From the NCBI RefSeq assembly GCF_009914755.1, contig NC_060936.1: a stretch of 64,000 nt of DNA, one strand, 5' to 3'. The translations under genes were made by a program, and so were the position numbers. This document shows, piece by piece, positions 25,621 to 42,412 of this stretch (the stretch's first letter is position 1; each line of letters opens with the position of its first letter). Source of the DNA: the human T2T-CHM13v2.0 reference genome, Homo sapiens. Below the pieces are notes generated by a model. That model was not told the origin of the DNA and searched no databases. It saw only the letters and a program-made list of their open reading frames with translations.

Positions 25621-27296
25621 TATATGGAGTGGAGATTTCACCATAAAGAGGAAATATTGAGCAACAAAAGAAGGGGAGAGAACGTTACTACTAATATTCT
25701 GTCAGACAATAATGGAAATTCTGAAAGCACCACAACAATATTTTTTAACCATCCAGGAATGTATTAATAGGAACTATTTTAACAATTAATGTCTGATATA
25801 GAATTCTGGTAAAAATAAATCTAAAATATAGGTAAAGACTTTATTTATATTAAATATTACTTTGAAGCATGTACATAAAGATTTATATTAGTATATAGGC
25901 AGAGTTCCTCAGTATATATACTCTACAAAGATGTATACATATGTTCATATTTGCACACACATATATATAGTACCTGGCATATGACTGGATGCATAGTGTA
26001 TGGAATACAATTGGGTATTTAATACATAATACCTGACAAATAGTAGGTGCTCAAAAAGTTTTGTTGAATAAATGACTAAGTAATTTAGTTAATCTATGTC
26101 AAATATATATTTGAAATTGAGAAGAAGTGCAAAAATACAGAAAGTGTGCCAAATGGCATGTTTCCACAAGAGAGTTGCTTTGTAGACTTAAATGTCAGAG
26201 AAGCGTGTTTGTAATACCTGGATACTAAGAAAGGATTAAAAATCAATTTTCACCTTTCATCTGGATGTCAGCAAGACGGCACAATACAGCTTTCCAACGC
26301 TGGCTCCCTATAGAAACATTTGAATAACTATTCATGCACAAAAATACACTCACAAAAGCTAAGAAAACCAGGTGACAGATTATAGAACATAGTGTAGCAC
26401 AGCAATAAGAAAAGATGTATTGGAGAGGAAGGACAGTTTTACATTACCAACATCCTCTGCCCCAACCCCAGAAAGCATGATGTGGAGACAGATACCCTCC
26501 CTGTGAGGGAAGGAAAGGGAAGTAAGCATCAGATTTTGCCTAGAACTTCAACACTGAGCCTGCCCCAGCAAAACCCAACACTGGGCAGGCCCAAGGCCCC
26601 AGACTCCAGGGTAGCAACCATGGGCTGGGTTCCAGGCCCACAATGGTGCCAGGCCAGATCCTACAGCTCTAGGCTCCAACCATGCTTGTTGGACTCAGTC
26701 TTGGGTCCTGCCATACCACCAGACCTACCCCAATGGCCTCAGGCTCCAGACTGCCTTGGTACCAGGCTGACCCCAGCAGTCCTGGGCTTCAGATATACCC
26801 CAGTGCCAGGCCATTCCCCAAAGACTCAGACTCCCAGCCTTTTCATGCAGCCCGAGACATCAAGCTAGCATCCATGGACCAAGTCTCCAGATTGACACCT
26901 GCAGTTACAGGATTGAGGCCCATCTAGCATCAAGCCAATGCCTATGGCCCCAGGATCTATGCTTACTCCCATGGACCCAATCAGAAGGTACACCCAAGTA
27001 GATCGAGGCTCCAGGCCCAACCCCATGGACCCTGACACCAGGCTCACCCACTTTCTGGCCAAGGTCCCAGGCCTACCTGCATGAAGACTTCAGTAGCATG
27101 CTTTTCTGTGAACCATGCCAAATGGGCTGTCCATAATTTCTGGATGGGCTGAGTGATAGAGGGCTTTCCAATACAAAGCATACCTCCAAAGACTGCAATA
27201 AGTCCCTACCTCTTTAAATGCACAGACGCCAACACAGCCACGAGGATCAGGCAAACATGGCATCGCCAAGAAACAACATAAAGCACCAGTAAAAAC

Positions 27297-27723
27297 TAAT
27301 ATAGTTTGGATATGGTTGTTCATCTCCACCAAGTCTCATGTTGGCATTTGATCCCCAGTGTTGGGGCTGCAGCCTAATAGGAAGTGTTTGGGTCATGGCA
27401 GCAGATCCCTCTTGAATAAATGAATGCTCTCCCTGGGGTAATGGTTAAGTAAGTTCTTACTCTATGAGTTCCTGTGAGAGCTAGTTGTTAAAAAGAACCT
27501 GACACCTCGACCCTATCTCTTGCTTTCCATCTTGTCAAGTTTTCTTGGCACACATTGGCATCCCCTTCTCTTTCTGCCATGAGTAAAAGCAACCTGAGGC
27601 CCTTACAAGATGCTCACTGTTGGATTCTCCAGACATGAGAATTGTTAGCCAAACAAATGTTTATCTTTATAAATTACTCAGTCTCAGGTATGTCTTTATA
27701 GCAACACAAAACAGACTAAGACA
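27297..27723 (+). mobile_element. MST-class MaLR solo LTR
   Basis: atatagtttggatatggttg...ctttatagcaacacaaaacagactaagaca termini. Confidence 0.75.
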
Positions 27724-28621
27724 CCAACTGTAAAGAAATGAATATATGAACTGTCTAACAAAGAATTCTAAACAATTGTTTTAAAGAAGCTTGGTGAACA
27801 AGATAATACGGAGAAGCAATTCAATATAATTCGGAAAACAATTAATTACCAAAATTAAAAAAAAATTAACAGGAAGGTTAAAATTCTAAAAAAGAAAAAA
27901 ATCTAATAAAAATTCTGGACCTAATAAATACAATGAAGAAATAAAAATGCAATAGAGAGCCTCTACCACAGAATTGATCCAGCAGAAGAAAGTATAATAT
28001 ATGTGAACTCAAAACCAGTCAGAGGAGAAAAAGAAATAAAAAGAAATGACAAAAACTTATGAAACTTATGAGATAATATCGAATGAGTAAATATACAAAT
28101 TAAATAATTACAAAAAGGAGAAGAAAGAGACAAAAGGCCAGAAAACATATTTTAGAAAATAAATATCCAGGTATAGGGAAGACAAAGGTCTCCAATCAGA
28201 TTTAATGCAGACAAGACTCCAAGAAGACATATTATTATAATCACACTGTCAAAAGTCAAAGACAAAGTGAGAATCCTAAAAGCAGAAAGAGAAAAGAAGC
28301 ATACCAAATGCAAGGGAGATCCAATAAGAAGAGCAGTGGACTTCTCAGAAGAAAATGTACAAAGCAGGAGTGTGTGAGATGATATATTCAAAGTGCCAAA
28401 GGAAAAAAACAAACAAGAATATTTTACCCAGAAAATCTGTCTTTTGAAAATGAAAAAGAGGTAGACTTTTCCAGAAAATGAAAAGCTAAGGGAGCTCATG
28501 ACCACTATACTTGTCTTAAAAAAATACTAATGGAAGTTCTTCAAGCTGAAAAAAAGGGAAGCTAATTAGCAACATGAAGACATGAAGGTGTAAAACTTAC
28601 TAATAAAAAGTAAGTACATAG

Positions 28622-28989
<368 letters not shown>

Positions 28990-29282
28990 GTAAATTTTTT
29001 ATATCTTTATTTAGTAAGATAGTTGAAAGACAAAATGAATAAAATAATAATAGCTCCAATAATTTGTTAAGAGGTACACAATGTAAAAAGATGTAAATTA
29101 TGACATCAAAAACATAAAATGCATTGAGCAGCAGAAAATCTTGTTTTTTATGCAATCAAAGTTACATTGTTGTCAGCTTAAAAATATCCTATTATAACTA
29201 GTAGGTATTTTATATACGCCTCATGGTAATTACAAAGCAAAATCCCATAGTAGATACCCCCCCAAAAAAAGTAACAAATCAG

Positions 29283-29452
29283 AACCAATGCAGTGGTACA
29301 TGACTGTAGTTCCAGTTACTTGGGAGGCCAAGGCAGGAGGGTCACTTGAGTCTAGAAGCTTGAGGCTATAGTGTACTATAATCACGCCTGTAAATAGCTA
29401 CTGCATTCCAGCCTGGGCAACATAGTGAGACCCCCTGTCTATTTTTAAAAAG
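29283..29452 (+). mobile_element. Alu monomer (FRAM/FAM-like)
   Basis: Degenerate single Alu arm. Confidence 0.65.
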
Positions 29453-29804
29453 AGTAAATCAAAGCATAATGACAAACGAAGACAGCAAGCAAGAAAGTAA
29501 CAAAAGATCTACAAAACAACCAGCAAATAATTAACAAAATGGCAGTAGTAAGACCTTACTTATTAATAATTACTTTGAATGTAAATGGATTAAATTCTGT
29601 AATCAAAAGACAGGCTGAATAGATTAAAAAACAGGACTCAGCTATACACTGACTATGAGCAACTCACTTTAAAATTAAGGACACACATAGGATGAGAGTG
29701 AAATGCTGGGAAAAGTTAAACCATGCAAATGGAAACTAAAACAGGGCAGAGGTAGCTATACCTATATCAGACAAAATAAACTTTAAATTAAAAAGTGTAA
29801 AAGG

Positions 29805-30159
<355 letters not shown>

Positions 30160-31971
30160 CTAAAGGGGTCAATTCATCAAGAGGATATAACAATTGTAAA
30201 TCTATATGCATCTGACATAGGAGAACCTAAACATATAAGTAAATATTAATAGATCTGAAGGGAGAGATAGAATATAATACAGTAAATAGTAGGGGACTTA
30301 AATATTCAACTTTCAGCAGTTGTCAAATTATTCAAACAGAAAATCAATAAGGGAACATCAGATTAAACTACACTTAATAGACATATACAAAGCATTCTAT
30401 CCAACAGCAGCAGAATAAATATTTTTATCAAGCACACATGGAACATTCTCCAGTATTGATCACATGTTAGGTCACAAAACAAGTCTAAACAAATTTAGCA
30501 AGACTAAAATTACATCAAGTCTCTTTTCCAAACATAATACTATTAAATAGAAATCAGTAACAAAAACATTGAAAAAATTCACAAATATATGGAAATTAAT
30601 CGAATGTTTCTGAACAACAAATGGGTCAAAGAAGAAATTAAAAGGTAAATCAAAAAGTATTTAGAGACAAATGAAAATGGAAATAACATATCAAAGCTTA
30701 TAGGATGCAACAAATGTAGTTCTACGAGGGAAGTTTACAGCATTAAACATTTACATAAAAAAAAATCTCCAATAAGCAACCTAATGCTATAACTCAAGGA
30801 ACTAGAAAAAGAAAAACAAACTAACCCTAAAGCTAAGTACAAAAAGGAAAGAATAAATAACAGAGCAGAAGTAAACCAAACAGACTAGAAAAGCAAAACA
30901 AAAGACTGAAAAAATTAAGTTGGTTTTTAAAAAGATAGACAAATTTGACAAACATTTACCTAGACTAAGAAGAAAAGAGAGAACACTCAAATAAATAAAA
31001 TCAGGTATGAAAAAGGAGACATTACAACTGATGTCCCATAAATACTAAGGACCACAAGAGACTACTATAACCAATTACATACCAAAAAATTGGACAACCT
31101 AGAAGAAATGAATGCATTCCTAGATATGTACAACCCAATCAAGGCTGAATCAAGAAAAAATAGAAAAACTGAACAGACTAATAATGAGTAAGAAAATTGA
31201 ATTAATAATAAAATATCTTCTGTCAATGAAAATTCCAGAACCAGAGGGCTTCATGGTGAAATACTGCCAAACATTTAAAGAAGAAGAAAACTAACACCGC
31301 TTCTCTTCAGACTCTTCCAAAAAGTGGAAGTGGAGGAAAATTTTTCAAACCCATTTTACAATGTCAGCCATTACCCTGATGCAAAGCAAAACAAAAAACA
31401 AAAAACAAAAAACAAAACCCTATAAGAAAAGAAAATTACAGGCCAATATCTCTGATGAACATAGATGCAAATATCCTCAACAAAATACTAGCAACTGAAT
31501 ACAACACATTAATAGGATCATTCACGATGATTAAATGGGGTTTATCCCTGGGATGCAAGGATGGTTGAACATATCATGTCAACAAATGTGATACATGATA
31601 ATAACAGAATGAAAGACAAAAACTATATGATCACCTCAATAGATGCAGTAAAATCATTTGACAAACAATATTTTTTCATGAGAAGAACTATTAGTAAATT
31701 AGATATTAAAAAATGTACTTCAACACAATAAAGGCCACATATGAAAACCCTACATGTAACATCATCGTGTTTTCAATGGTAAAAAGTTGAAAGTTTTTCC
31801 TCTAAGATCAGGAATACAAGGATGTTCACTCTCACCACATTTATTCAAGATAGTTATGGAAGTCTAGCCAGAGCAATGAGACAAGAGAAATAAATAGCAT
31901 CCAAATAGAAAAAAAGTAAAACTGTTTCTGTTTGCCGATGACATTATCTTACATATAGAACATCCTAAAAA

Positions 31972-32262
31972 GGGCCAGGCGCAGTGGCTCACGCTGTAAT
32001 CTCAGCACTTTGGGAAGCCGAGATGGGAGGATTGCTTGAGGCCAGGAGTTCAAAACTAGCCTGGGCAACATGGTGAAACCCTGTCTCAGCTAAAATTACA
32101 AAAATTAGCTGGGTGTGGTGGCGCATGCCTGTAATCCCAGCTACTCCAGAGGCTGAGGCATGAGAAATCGCTTGAGCCTGTGAGGCGGAGGTTGCAATGA
32201 GCTGAGATCTCACCACTGCACTCCAAGCAGGGCAACAGAGTGAGACTCTATCTCAAAAAAAA
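31972..32262 (+). mobile_element. Alu (J/S)
   Basis: Full dimer with A tail. Confidence 0.9.
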
Positions 32263-32382
32263 CAAAAATCCACCAAAAACTATTCAAATTGATAAATTCA
32301 GTCAACTTGTAGAGTACAAAATTAGTACACAAAAATCAGTAACATTTCTCAGCACAAGCAACAAACTATTTGAAAAAGAAAT

Positions 32383-32680
32383 CGGCCGGGTGTGGTGGCT
32401 CACGCCTGTAATCCCAGCACTTTGGGAGGCTGAGGCGGGCGGATCACGAGGTCAGGAGTTCGAGACTAGCCTGACCAACATGGCGAAACCCCATCTCTAC
32501 TAAAAATACAAAAATTGGCCGGGCGTAGTGGCGTGTAGCTGTAATCCCAGCTACTCAGGAGGCTGAGGCAAGAGAACTGATTGAACCTGGGAGGCGAGGG
32601 TTGCAGTAAGCCAAGATCACGCCACTGCACTCCAGCCTGGGCAACAGAATGAGACTCTGTCTCAAAAAAAAAAAAAAAAG
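32383..32680 (+). mobile_element. AluSg/Sc-like
   Basis: Full dimer with ggatcacgaggtcaggag. Confidence 0.92.
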
Positions 32681-35638
32681 AAAGATAAAGAAATTAAGAA
32701 ACCAACCCCATTCACAATGCCATAAACAAAATAATGAAGAGTAACTTTAATCAAGGATGTGAAAAATCGATATATGGAAAACAATAACATTGATGAAAAA
32801 TTGTAGACAACTTAAATAAATGCAGAGTTATCAAGTGTTCATAGGTTGGAAGAACTAATATCGTTAAAGTATCCATATTACCCAGAGCAATCTTCAGACT
32901 CAATGTGATCCCATCAAAATTTCACAGAAATAGAAACAATTCTAAAATTTGAATGGAACCACAAAAGACCTCCAATAGCCAAAGCAATCATGAGCAAAAA
33001 TAAAAAAGCTAAAGGCATCATAGTACCTAACATCAAAATTGATCACAAAGCTATAGTAATTAAAACAGAGTGGTTCTGGCATAAAAACAGACACGTTGGT
33101 CAGAGGAACAGGACAGAGAGCCAAGAAATATGGTCAATTTACTTTTTATAAAGGTGCCAAGAACACACAATGGAGAAAGAATAGTCTCTGTATTAAATAG
33201 TTTTGGGGAACCTGGATATCCACAAGAATCATGAAATGTGACCCTTACCTAACACCATATACAAAAATAAACTCAAAATGGATTAAAGACTTTAATGGTT
33301 GGAGGTGGAGATATGGCCAAACAGAACCCTCCAGCAATTGTGCCCCTGCAGGAACACTAAATTGAACAAATATCCAAGCAAGAAAGCACATTTATAAGAA
33401 CAAACAAAACAGAACAAACAGGTGAGAGGTCATGGTACCTGGTTTAAACATAATCACAAGGAAAGAGACACTGAAGAAGGTAGAAAGGACAGTCCTGCGT
33501 TGTCTACACTACCCAACCCCAGCCTCAGGCAACACAGCATGGAGGGAAAATCTGTGTGCTTAGGGGAAGAAGAGTGAAGTGAGTGTGAGACTTTGCATTG
33601 CAGCTCAGTGCCACCCTCTCACAGTGGAACTCAACACCAGGCAGCATTCTGCCAGTGCCCATTTGGACCAGCACTGGGCCAGAGGGGAATCCTTCATCCC
33701 AATGGAAGAAAACTGAGTCCCAGCCAGCTTCACCACTGGCTGACTACAATGGCTGGGACCTCTAATAAATTCAAGTGGCAGTCAGGCCACAGTGACGGCA
33801 GTCTTTGGGCAAGCCTTGGTGCTGTACTGGTCTTGGAGGCAGTGGGCTTGGAATATGACAGTGTGACACCAGCTGTGTGGCCATGGGAGTGCCTGCATCA
33901 CCTCTCCCTCAACTCCAGACACTGCAGTATGTGGAGAGACTCCTTCCTTTTCGGGGAAGAAGATGGAGGAATATGGAGGACTTTGGCAACTCAGGTACCT
34001 GTTGAGCCACAGTAAAATAAAGCACCAGGCAGATTCTTGACGATCTCAGTTCCAAGACTTTCCTCCTGAATAGCATTTCTAGGCCCACCCCAGGCCAAAA
34101 GGGAATCCACTGTTCTGGTGGGACAGACCCAGCCCTAGCAGAATTCCCCAGCTGCTGACTAAAGGTAGCGGTGGGTCTTAAATAAACATCAGTGGTAGCC
34201 AGGTAGTAGTGTCCGCAGACTTTGGGTAAGCCCAAGTACTGTGTCGGTCTGGAAGGCCATTGGCCTCAGGTGTGACTCAGTGTGGTGCCAGCTGTGGTGG
34301 CCATGAGAGTGCCTGAATCATGCCTTTCACAGCTCCAGACAGCCCAGCATAGAAAGAGACTCCTGCTTGGGGAAAACTGAAGGAAGAGAGCAAGAGAATC
34401 CACCTGGGAACCCAGGGAACTCTCTTTTATCTTCCCCAAGTCCACCAAGGCTGTGTATCTGAGTCTGCAAAAATTGTAGCATTCTGAGGCTTAGGGTTCC
34501 CCCTAGTGCTGAGAGGCTGCCATGACCACAGGCTTAGGTAACAACACTCAAACCCATTTGAATTCTCTGTCTCTTTTTTTTGTTTAACTTTTATTTTAAG
34601 TTCAGGGGTTCATGTGCAGGTTTGTTACATAGATAAAGCTGTGTCATGGGGGCTTGTTGTACAGCTTATTTTATCACCCAATAGCCTACCCTTAACACCC
34701 AGGTATTAAGCCTAGTACCCATTAGTTATTTTTCCTGATCCTCTCCCTCTTCCCACCTTCTACCTTCCGAAAAACCCAGTGTGTGTGGCTCCCCTTTATG
34801 TGTTCGTGTGTTTTCATCATTTAGCTCCAACTTGTAAGTGAGAACACGTGGCATTTGGTTTTCTGTTCCTGACTTAGTTTGCCAAGAATAATGTCCCTGC
34901 AAAGGACTTAGTCTCACTGCATAGAATTCCTTGGTGTATACGTATCACATTTTCTTTATCCAGTCTTCCATTGATGAGCATTTAGGTTGATTACGTGTCT
35001 TTGCCGTTGTGAATGTGTTGCAGTGAACATACACGTGAATGTGTCTTTATAACAGAATGACTTATATTCCTTGGGTATATACGAAGTAACGGCATTGCTG
35101 AGTCAAATGGTATTTCTGTCTTTAAGGTCTTTGAGGAATCGCCACACTGTCTTCCATAATGGCTAAACTAATTTACACCCTCACCAACAGCATTCTTTTC
35201 CTTCCACAACCTTGCCAGCATCCGTTATTTTTTGACTTTTTAATAATAGTCATTCTGACTGGTGTGAGATGGTATCTCATTGTGGCTTTAATTTGCATTT
35301 CTCTAATGATCAGCGATATCAAGCTTTTTTCATATGCCTGTTGGCTGCATGTACATCTTCTACTAAGAAGTCTCTGTTCATGTCCTTTGTCCACTTTTTA
35401 ATGGGGTTGTTTTTTTCTTGTAAATTTAAGTTCCTTATAGATGCTGGATATTAGACCTTTGTTGGATGCATAGTTTGCAAAATTTTTCTCCCATTCTGTA
35501 GGTTGTCTGTTTACTCTCTTGATAGTTTATTTTGCTGTGCAGAAGCTCTTTAATTAGATTCAATTTGTCTGTTTTTGTTTTTGTTGCAATTGCTTTTGGC
35601 ATCTTCATCATGAAAGCTTTGCCCTGCCCATGTCCTGA

Positions 35639-36157
<519 letters not shown>

Positions 36158-36447
36158 TAGTTGTAGGTGTGTGGTCTTATTTCTGGGTTCTCTATTCTGT
36201 TTCATCAGTCTATGTGTCTGTTCTCATACCAGTATCATGCTGTTTTGGTTACTGTATCCCTGTAGTATAATTTAAAGCCAAGTAGCGTGATAACTCCAGC
36301 TTCATTCTTTTTACTTAGGATTGCTTTGGCTATTCAGACTCCTTTTTGGTTCCATATGAATTTCAAAATAGTTTTTTTCTAGTTCTGTGAAGAATGTCAA
36401 TGGTGGTTCAACAGAAATAGCATTGAACTATAAATTGCTTTGGGCAT

Positions 36448-36811
36448 TGTTTTAGTTCATTCTCACACTGCTATAAAGAACTGCCCATGACTGGGTAAGT
36501 TATAAAGAAAAGAGGTTTAATTGACTCACAGTTCTGCATGGCTGGGGAGGCCTCAGGAAACTTACAATCATGGTGGAAGGGGAAGCAAATACATCCTTCT
36601 TCACAGGATGGCAGGAGAGAATGAGAGCAGAGTGAAGGGGGAAGCTTCTTATAAAACCATCAGCTCTCAAGAGACTCACTCATTATCAGAACGGCATGGT
36701 GGAAACTGCCCCCATGATTCAATGATCTCCACCTGGTCCCACCCTTGACACGTGGGGATTATTACAATCCAAGGTGAGATTTGGGTGGGGACAGAGAGTC
36801 AAACCATATCA
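36448..36811 (-). mobile_element. THE1/MST solo LTR inside L1
   Basis: TG...aaaccatatCA termini with a 5-bp TSD GGCA(T/C). Confidence 0.85.
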
Positions 36812-38994
36812 GGCACTATAGCCATTTTAATAATATTGATTCTTTCTATCCATGAGCATGGAATGTTTTTCAATTTGTTTCTTTCATCTCTGATTTCTTT
36901 AAGCAGTGGTTTGTAGTTCTCCTTGTAGAGATCTTTCGCCTCCCTGGTTAGCTGAATTCCTAGGCATTATATTCTTTTTGTGGCAATTCTGAATGATAAT
37001 TGTGTTCCTGATTTTGCTCTCTGCTTGACTGTTGTTGGTGTATAAGAATGCTAATGATGTTTGCACATTTTGTATCCTGAGACTTTGCTGAAGATATTTA
37101 TGAGTGTAAGAAGCTTTTGGGCTGAGACTATGGGGTTTTGTAGATATAGGATTATGTCGCCTGCAAACAGAGATAGTTCGGCTTCCTCTCTTCCTGTTTG
37201 GATGCGCTTTATTTCTTTCTCTTGCCTGATTGGCCTGGCCAGAACTTCCAATACTATGTTGAATAGGAGTGTGAGAGAGGGCATCCTTGTCTTGTGCTGG
37301 CTTTCAAGGTGAATGCTTCTAGCTTTTGCATATTCAGTATGATGTTGGCTGTGGGTTTGTCATAGATGGCTCTTATTATTTTGAGGTATGTTCCTTCAAC
37401 AACTAGTTTATTGACAGTTTTTAGCATAAATCGATGATGAATTTTATTGAAAGTCCTTTCTGCACCTATTGATATAATCATGTGGTTTTTGTCTTTAATT
37501 CTGTGTATGTGATGAATCACATTTATTGATTTGCATATGTTGAAGCAATCTTGCATCACAAGGATGAGGCCTACTTGATCGTAGTGGATAAGCTTTTTGA
37601 TGTGCTGCTGGATTCAGTTTGCCAGTATCTTGTTGAGGATTTTTGCATCGATGTTCATCAAGGATATTGGCCTGAAGTTTTCTCTTTTTGTTGTATCTCT
37701 GCCAGTTTTTGGTATCAGGATGATGCTAACTTCATAGAATGAGTTAGGAAGGAGTTCCTTCTCCTCAATTTTTTGTAATAGTTTCAATATAAATAGTACC
37801 ATCTTTTCTTTGCACAGCTGGTAGAATTCAGCTGTGAATCCCTCTATCCCTCTGGTGCTGGGCTTTTTTTTTTTTTTTTGTTTGGTAGGCTATTTATTAC
37901 TACCTTAATTTCAGAGCTCATTATTGGTCTGCTTAGGAAATCAATTTCTTCCTGGTTCAGTCTTGGGATGGTGTTGTGTGTTCAGGAATTTATCCATTTC
38001 TTCTAGATTTTCTAGTTTATGTGCATAGAGGTGTTCATAATATTCTCTGATGGTTGTTTGTATTTCTGTGGGGTCAGTGGTAATATCCCCCTTATCATTT
38101 CTGACTGTGTATGTTTGAATCCTCTCTCTTTTCTTCTTTATTAGTCTAGCTAGTGGTCTATTTTATTAATTTTTTCAAAACGCCAACCCCTGAATTTCTG
38201 GATTTTTTGGATGTTCTTTCATGTCTCTATTTTTTTCAGTTCAGCACTGACTGGTAATTTCTTGTGTTCTGCTACTTTTGGAGTTTGTTTGCATTTGGTT
38301 CTCTAGTTCTTTTAGTTGTGATATTAGGTTGTTAACGAGATCGGTCTAAGTTTTTGATATGGGAATTTAGTCTTATGAGTTTCCCTCTTAACACTGCTTT
38401 AGCTGTGTCCCAGAGATTCTGGTATATTTATCTTTGTTCTCATTAGTTTCAAAGAACTTCTTGATTTCTGCCTTAATTTCATTACCCAAAAGCCATTCAG
38501 GATCATGTTATTCAATTTCCATGTAACTGTATGGCTTTGGGTGAATTTCTCTGTCTTAATTTCTAATTTGAATTATTTAAAAGCCCTTTCAAAAAGGATG
38601 AATAAAAACAAGCCCAGATTGTGAAGATTGAAATAAACAATCGACTCTGCAATGTCTAGACATTAGTGAATGTTTGCAAGCATCAGGAACATTGAGGAAA
38701 ATGTGATTTCATTAAGTAGATTAAATAAGGCACCAGTGATTAATTCTAGAGTGATGGAGACATGCAACCTCTCAGACATGGAATTAAAAATAGCTGTCTT
38801 TCAGAAGCTCAACAAACTTCAAGATAACACAGAAAAGAAGTACAGAATTCTATCAGAGAAATTTAACAAAGATATTAAATAATTTAAAAAACAAAGCAGA
38901 TATTCTGGAGCAGAAAAATTCAATTGACAAGCTGGAAAATACAACAGTGTCTCTCAGCAGTATTGATCAAGCAGAATAAAGAATTAATGAGCTT

Positions 38995-39760
38995 ACAAAA
39001 GAAGACATTTACACTGCCAACAAACATAAAAAAAGCTCAACATCACTGTTCATCAGAAAAATGCAAATCAAAACCACAATAAGATACCATCTCATGCCAG
39101 TCAGAATGGCAATTATTAAAAAGTCAGGAAATAATAGATGCTGGTGAGGGACACTTTTACACTGTTGGTGGGAATGTAAATTAGTTCAACCATTGTGGAA
39201 GACAGTATGGTGATTCTTCAAGGATCTAGAACCAGAAATACCATTTGACCCGGCAATCCCATTACTGGATATATACCCAAACGAATATAAATCATTCTAC
39301 TATAAGGACACATGCACAGGTATGTTTATTGCAGCACTATTTGCAATAGCAAAGACTTGGAGCCAACCCAAATGCTCATCAATGATACACTGGATAAAGA
39401 AAATGTGGCACATTTACCCCATTGAATACCATGAAGCCATAAAAAGGAATGAGTTCATGTCCTTTGCAGGGACATGGATGAAGCTGGAAGCCATCATCCT
39501 CAGCAAACTAACACAGGAACAGTAAACCAAACAATACATGTTCTCACTCATAAGTTGCAGTTGAACATTGAGAACACATGGACACAGGGAGGGGAACAAC
39601 ACACATCAGAGCCTATTGGGAGGTGGGGAGTCAGGGGAGGGAACTTAGAGGATGGGTCAATAGTTACAGCAAACCACCATGGCACACATATACCTATGTA
39701 ACCAACCTGCACATTCTGCCCATGTATCCCATTTTTTTAGAAGACGTAAAGAAAAAAAAG
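38995..39760 (+). mobile_element. 5'-truncated L1PA 3' fragment
   Basis: ORF2 C-terminus and 3' UTR; TSD AAAGAATTA(A/G)TGAGCTT. Confidence 0.88.
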
Positions 39761-42412
39761 AATTAGTGAGCTTGAAAATAGCTATATTAAAAAGACAGAG
39801 TCCAAGGAGAAAAAAAGAGTTAAAAGGAGTGAAAACACCTACAAGTTCTAGAAAATACCCTCAAAAGGGCAAATCTAAGAGTTATTGGCCTTAAAAAGGA
39901 TGTAAAATAAGAGATCAGTGAAGAAGTTTTATTCAAAGAAATAGCAACTTTTCAAACCTAGAGGAAGATTTGAATACCCAGGTACATAAAGCTCAAAGAA
40001 GACCAAGGAGATTCAATTCAAATGAGACTACCTCAAGACACAAAATAATCAAACTCTCAAAGTTCAAGGACAAAGTATCCTAAAAGCAGCAAGAGAAAAG
40101 AAGCAAATAACATGTAAAGGAACTCTGATACATCTGGCAGTTGACTTTTTAGTGGAAACCTTACAGGCCAAGTGGGATGGGGATAATATATTCAAAGTAG
40201 TGAAGAAAAAAACCTCTTCAACTTAGAATGTTATATCCAGCAAAATTATCCTTCAAACATGAAGGAGAAATAAAGACTTTCCAAGACAAACAAAAACCTA
40301 AGGGATTTCATTAACATCAGCCCTGCTTTGCAAAAATTTGCTGAAGGGAATTTTTCAGTCTGAAAGATAAGGTGCTAACAAACAACAAGAAATCACCTGA
40401 AAGTATAAAACTCACCAGTAAAAGTAAGTACACAAACAAATATAGAACACCTCTGACACTGTAATTGCAGTGTGTAAACCATGCATATATTTAGTATGAA
40501 GACTAAAAGACAAGCCTATCAAGAATAATAACAACTACAATGATTTGTTAAATACAGGCAATATAAAAAGATATATAGACAACAACTCAAAAAATGATAA
40601 GGGGAGAATAAAGTTAAAGTGTAGATTTTTTAGTTTTCTCTTTGCTTGTTTCCGTTTCTATTATGAGTATAATTAAGTTTTCATCAGCTTAAAAAAATCT
40701 GTTATAAGATGTTATTTACAAGCCTCATGGTAACCATGAGAAGAAAAACTAAAATAGATACATAAAAACTAGAAAGCAAAAAACTAAAACATACTACCAG
40801 AGAAAATCACTTGTACACAAAGGAAGACAGTAAGAAATGAAGACAGGACCAATGAAACAACTAGAAAACAAATAACAAAATGGCAGTAGTAAGTCCTTTC
40901 CTGTCAATAATACATTGACGGTTAATGGACTAAATTCTCCAATTAGAACACATAGAGTGGCTGAATGAATAATAACAAAAAGACCCAACTGCATGCTTCC
41001 TACAAGAAATTCACTTTGCCTATATAAACACACATAGACTAAAAATGAAAGGATAGAAAAGATATTCCATGCAAATTTAAACCAAAAAAGAAAAGGGAAT
41101 AGTCACTCTTATATCAGACAAAATAGATTTCAGGACAAATCTATAAAAAGAAACAAGGAAGATCATTATATAATAATAAAGGAGTCGACTTAGCAAGAGG
41201 ATATAACAATTGTAAATATATATGCACCCAGTACTGGAGTCCCCAAATACATAAAGCAAATGTTATTAAATGTTATTAAGTTAAAGAGAAATAAACCCAA
41301 TACAACTGAAGTTGGGAACTTCAATATTCCACTTTCAGCACTGGATAGATCATCACAACAGAAAATCAACAAAGAAACATCAGAGTTAATCTGCACTATA
41401 GACTAAATAGACTTAAGAGACATTTATAGAACATTTCATTCAGGAGCTTCAGAATACACATTCTTCTCAGCACTTAGAATATTCTTCAAGATAGACCACA
41501 TGTTAGAGGACAAAACAAGCCTCAAGAAGTTCAAAGAAATTGAGATCATATCAATTTTATTTTCTGACCACAGTAGAAAAAAACTAGAAATCAGTAACAA
41601 AAGTAACATTGGAAACTATAAATACACAGATATTAAAAAATATGCTCTTGAATGAACATTGGTCAATGAAGAAATTAAAAATAAAATTTAAAAATTTTGT
41701 GAACAAATGAAAATGGAAACAAAACATACCAAAACTTATTGGATACATCAAAAGCAATATTAAGAAGAAAATATATATCAATAAACACATCCATCAAAAA
41801 GGTAGAAAGACTTCAAATAAGCAACCTAATCATGCATCTTAAAAAACTGGAGCAAAAACAAGAGCAAATCAAAGCCGAAATTAGAAGATGAAACAAAATA
41901 ATAAAAATCAGAGCAGAAATAAATAAAATTAAAATGAATAAAACAATACAAAAGATCAACAAATCAAACAGTTGGTTTTTTGAAAATTAAACAAAATTAA
42001 CAAACCTTTAGTTTAGTAAGCTAGACTAAGAAAAAGAGGGAGAATCCGAATAAATAAAGTCAGAGATGAAAAAGAAGACATGAAAATTATTACTGCAGAA
42101 ATTCGAAGGATCATTAGTGGCAACTATGACTAACTATAAGCTAATAAATTGGAAAATCTAGAAGACATGGACAAACTCCTAGACACATACAACCTACGAA
42201 GATTGAACAATAAAGAAATCCAAAACCTGAACAGATCAATAACAATAATAAGATTGAAGCCATAGTAAAAAATCTCCCATTAAAAAATAAAAATTCTGGG
42301 ATCCAATGGGTTCAATGCTGATTCTGCCAAGCATTTAAAGAAGAGAACTAATACCAATCTTACTCAAACTATTCCAAAAAATAGAGGAGGAGTGAATACT
42401 TCCAAACTCATT

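Noticed and set aside
26482-27062. Pro/Gln-rich ORFs in a CCAGG-rich segment
   Set aside because: Degenerate repeat array within an old L1 5' UTR.
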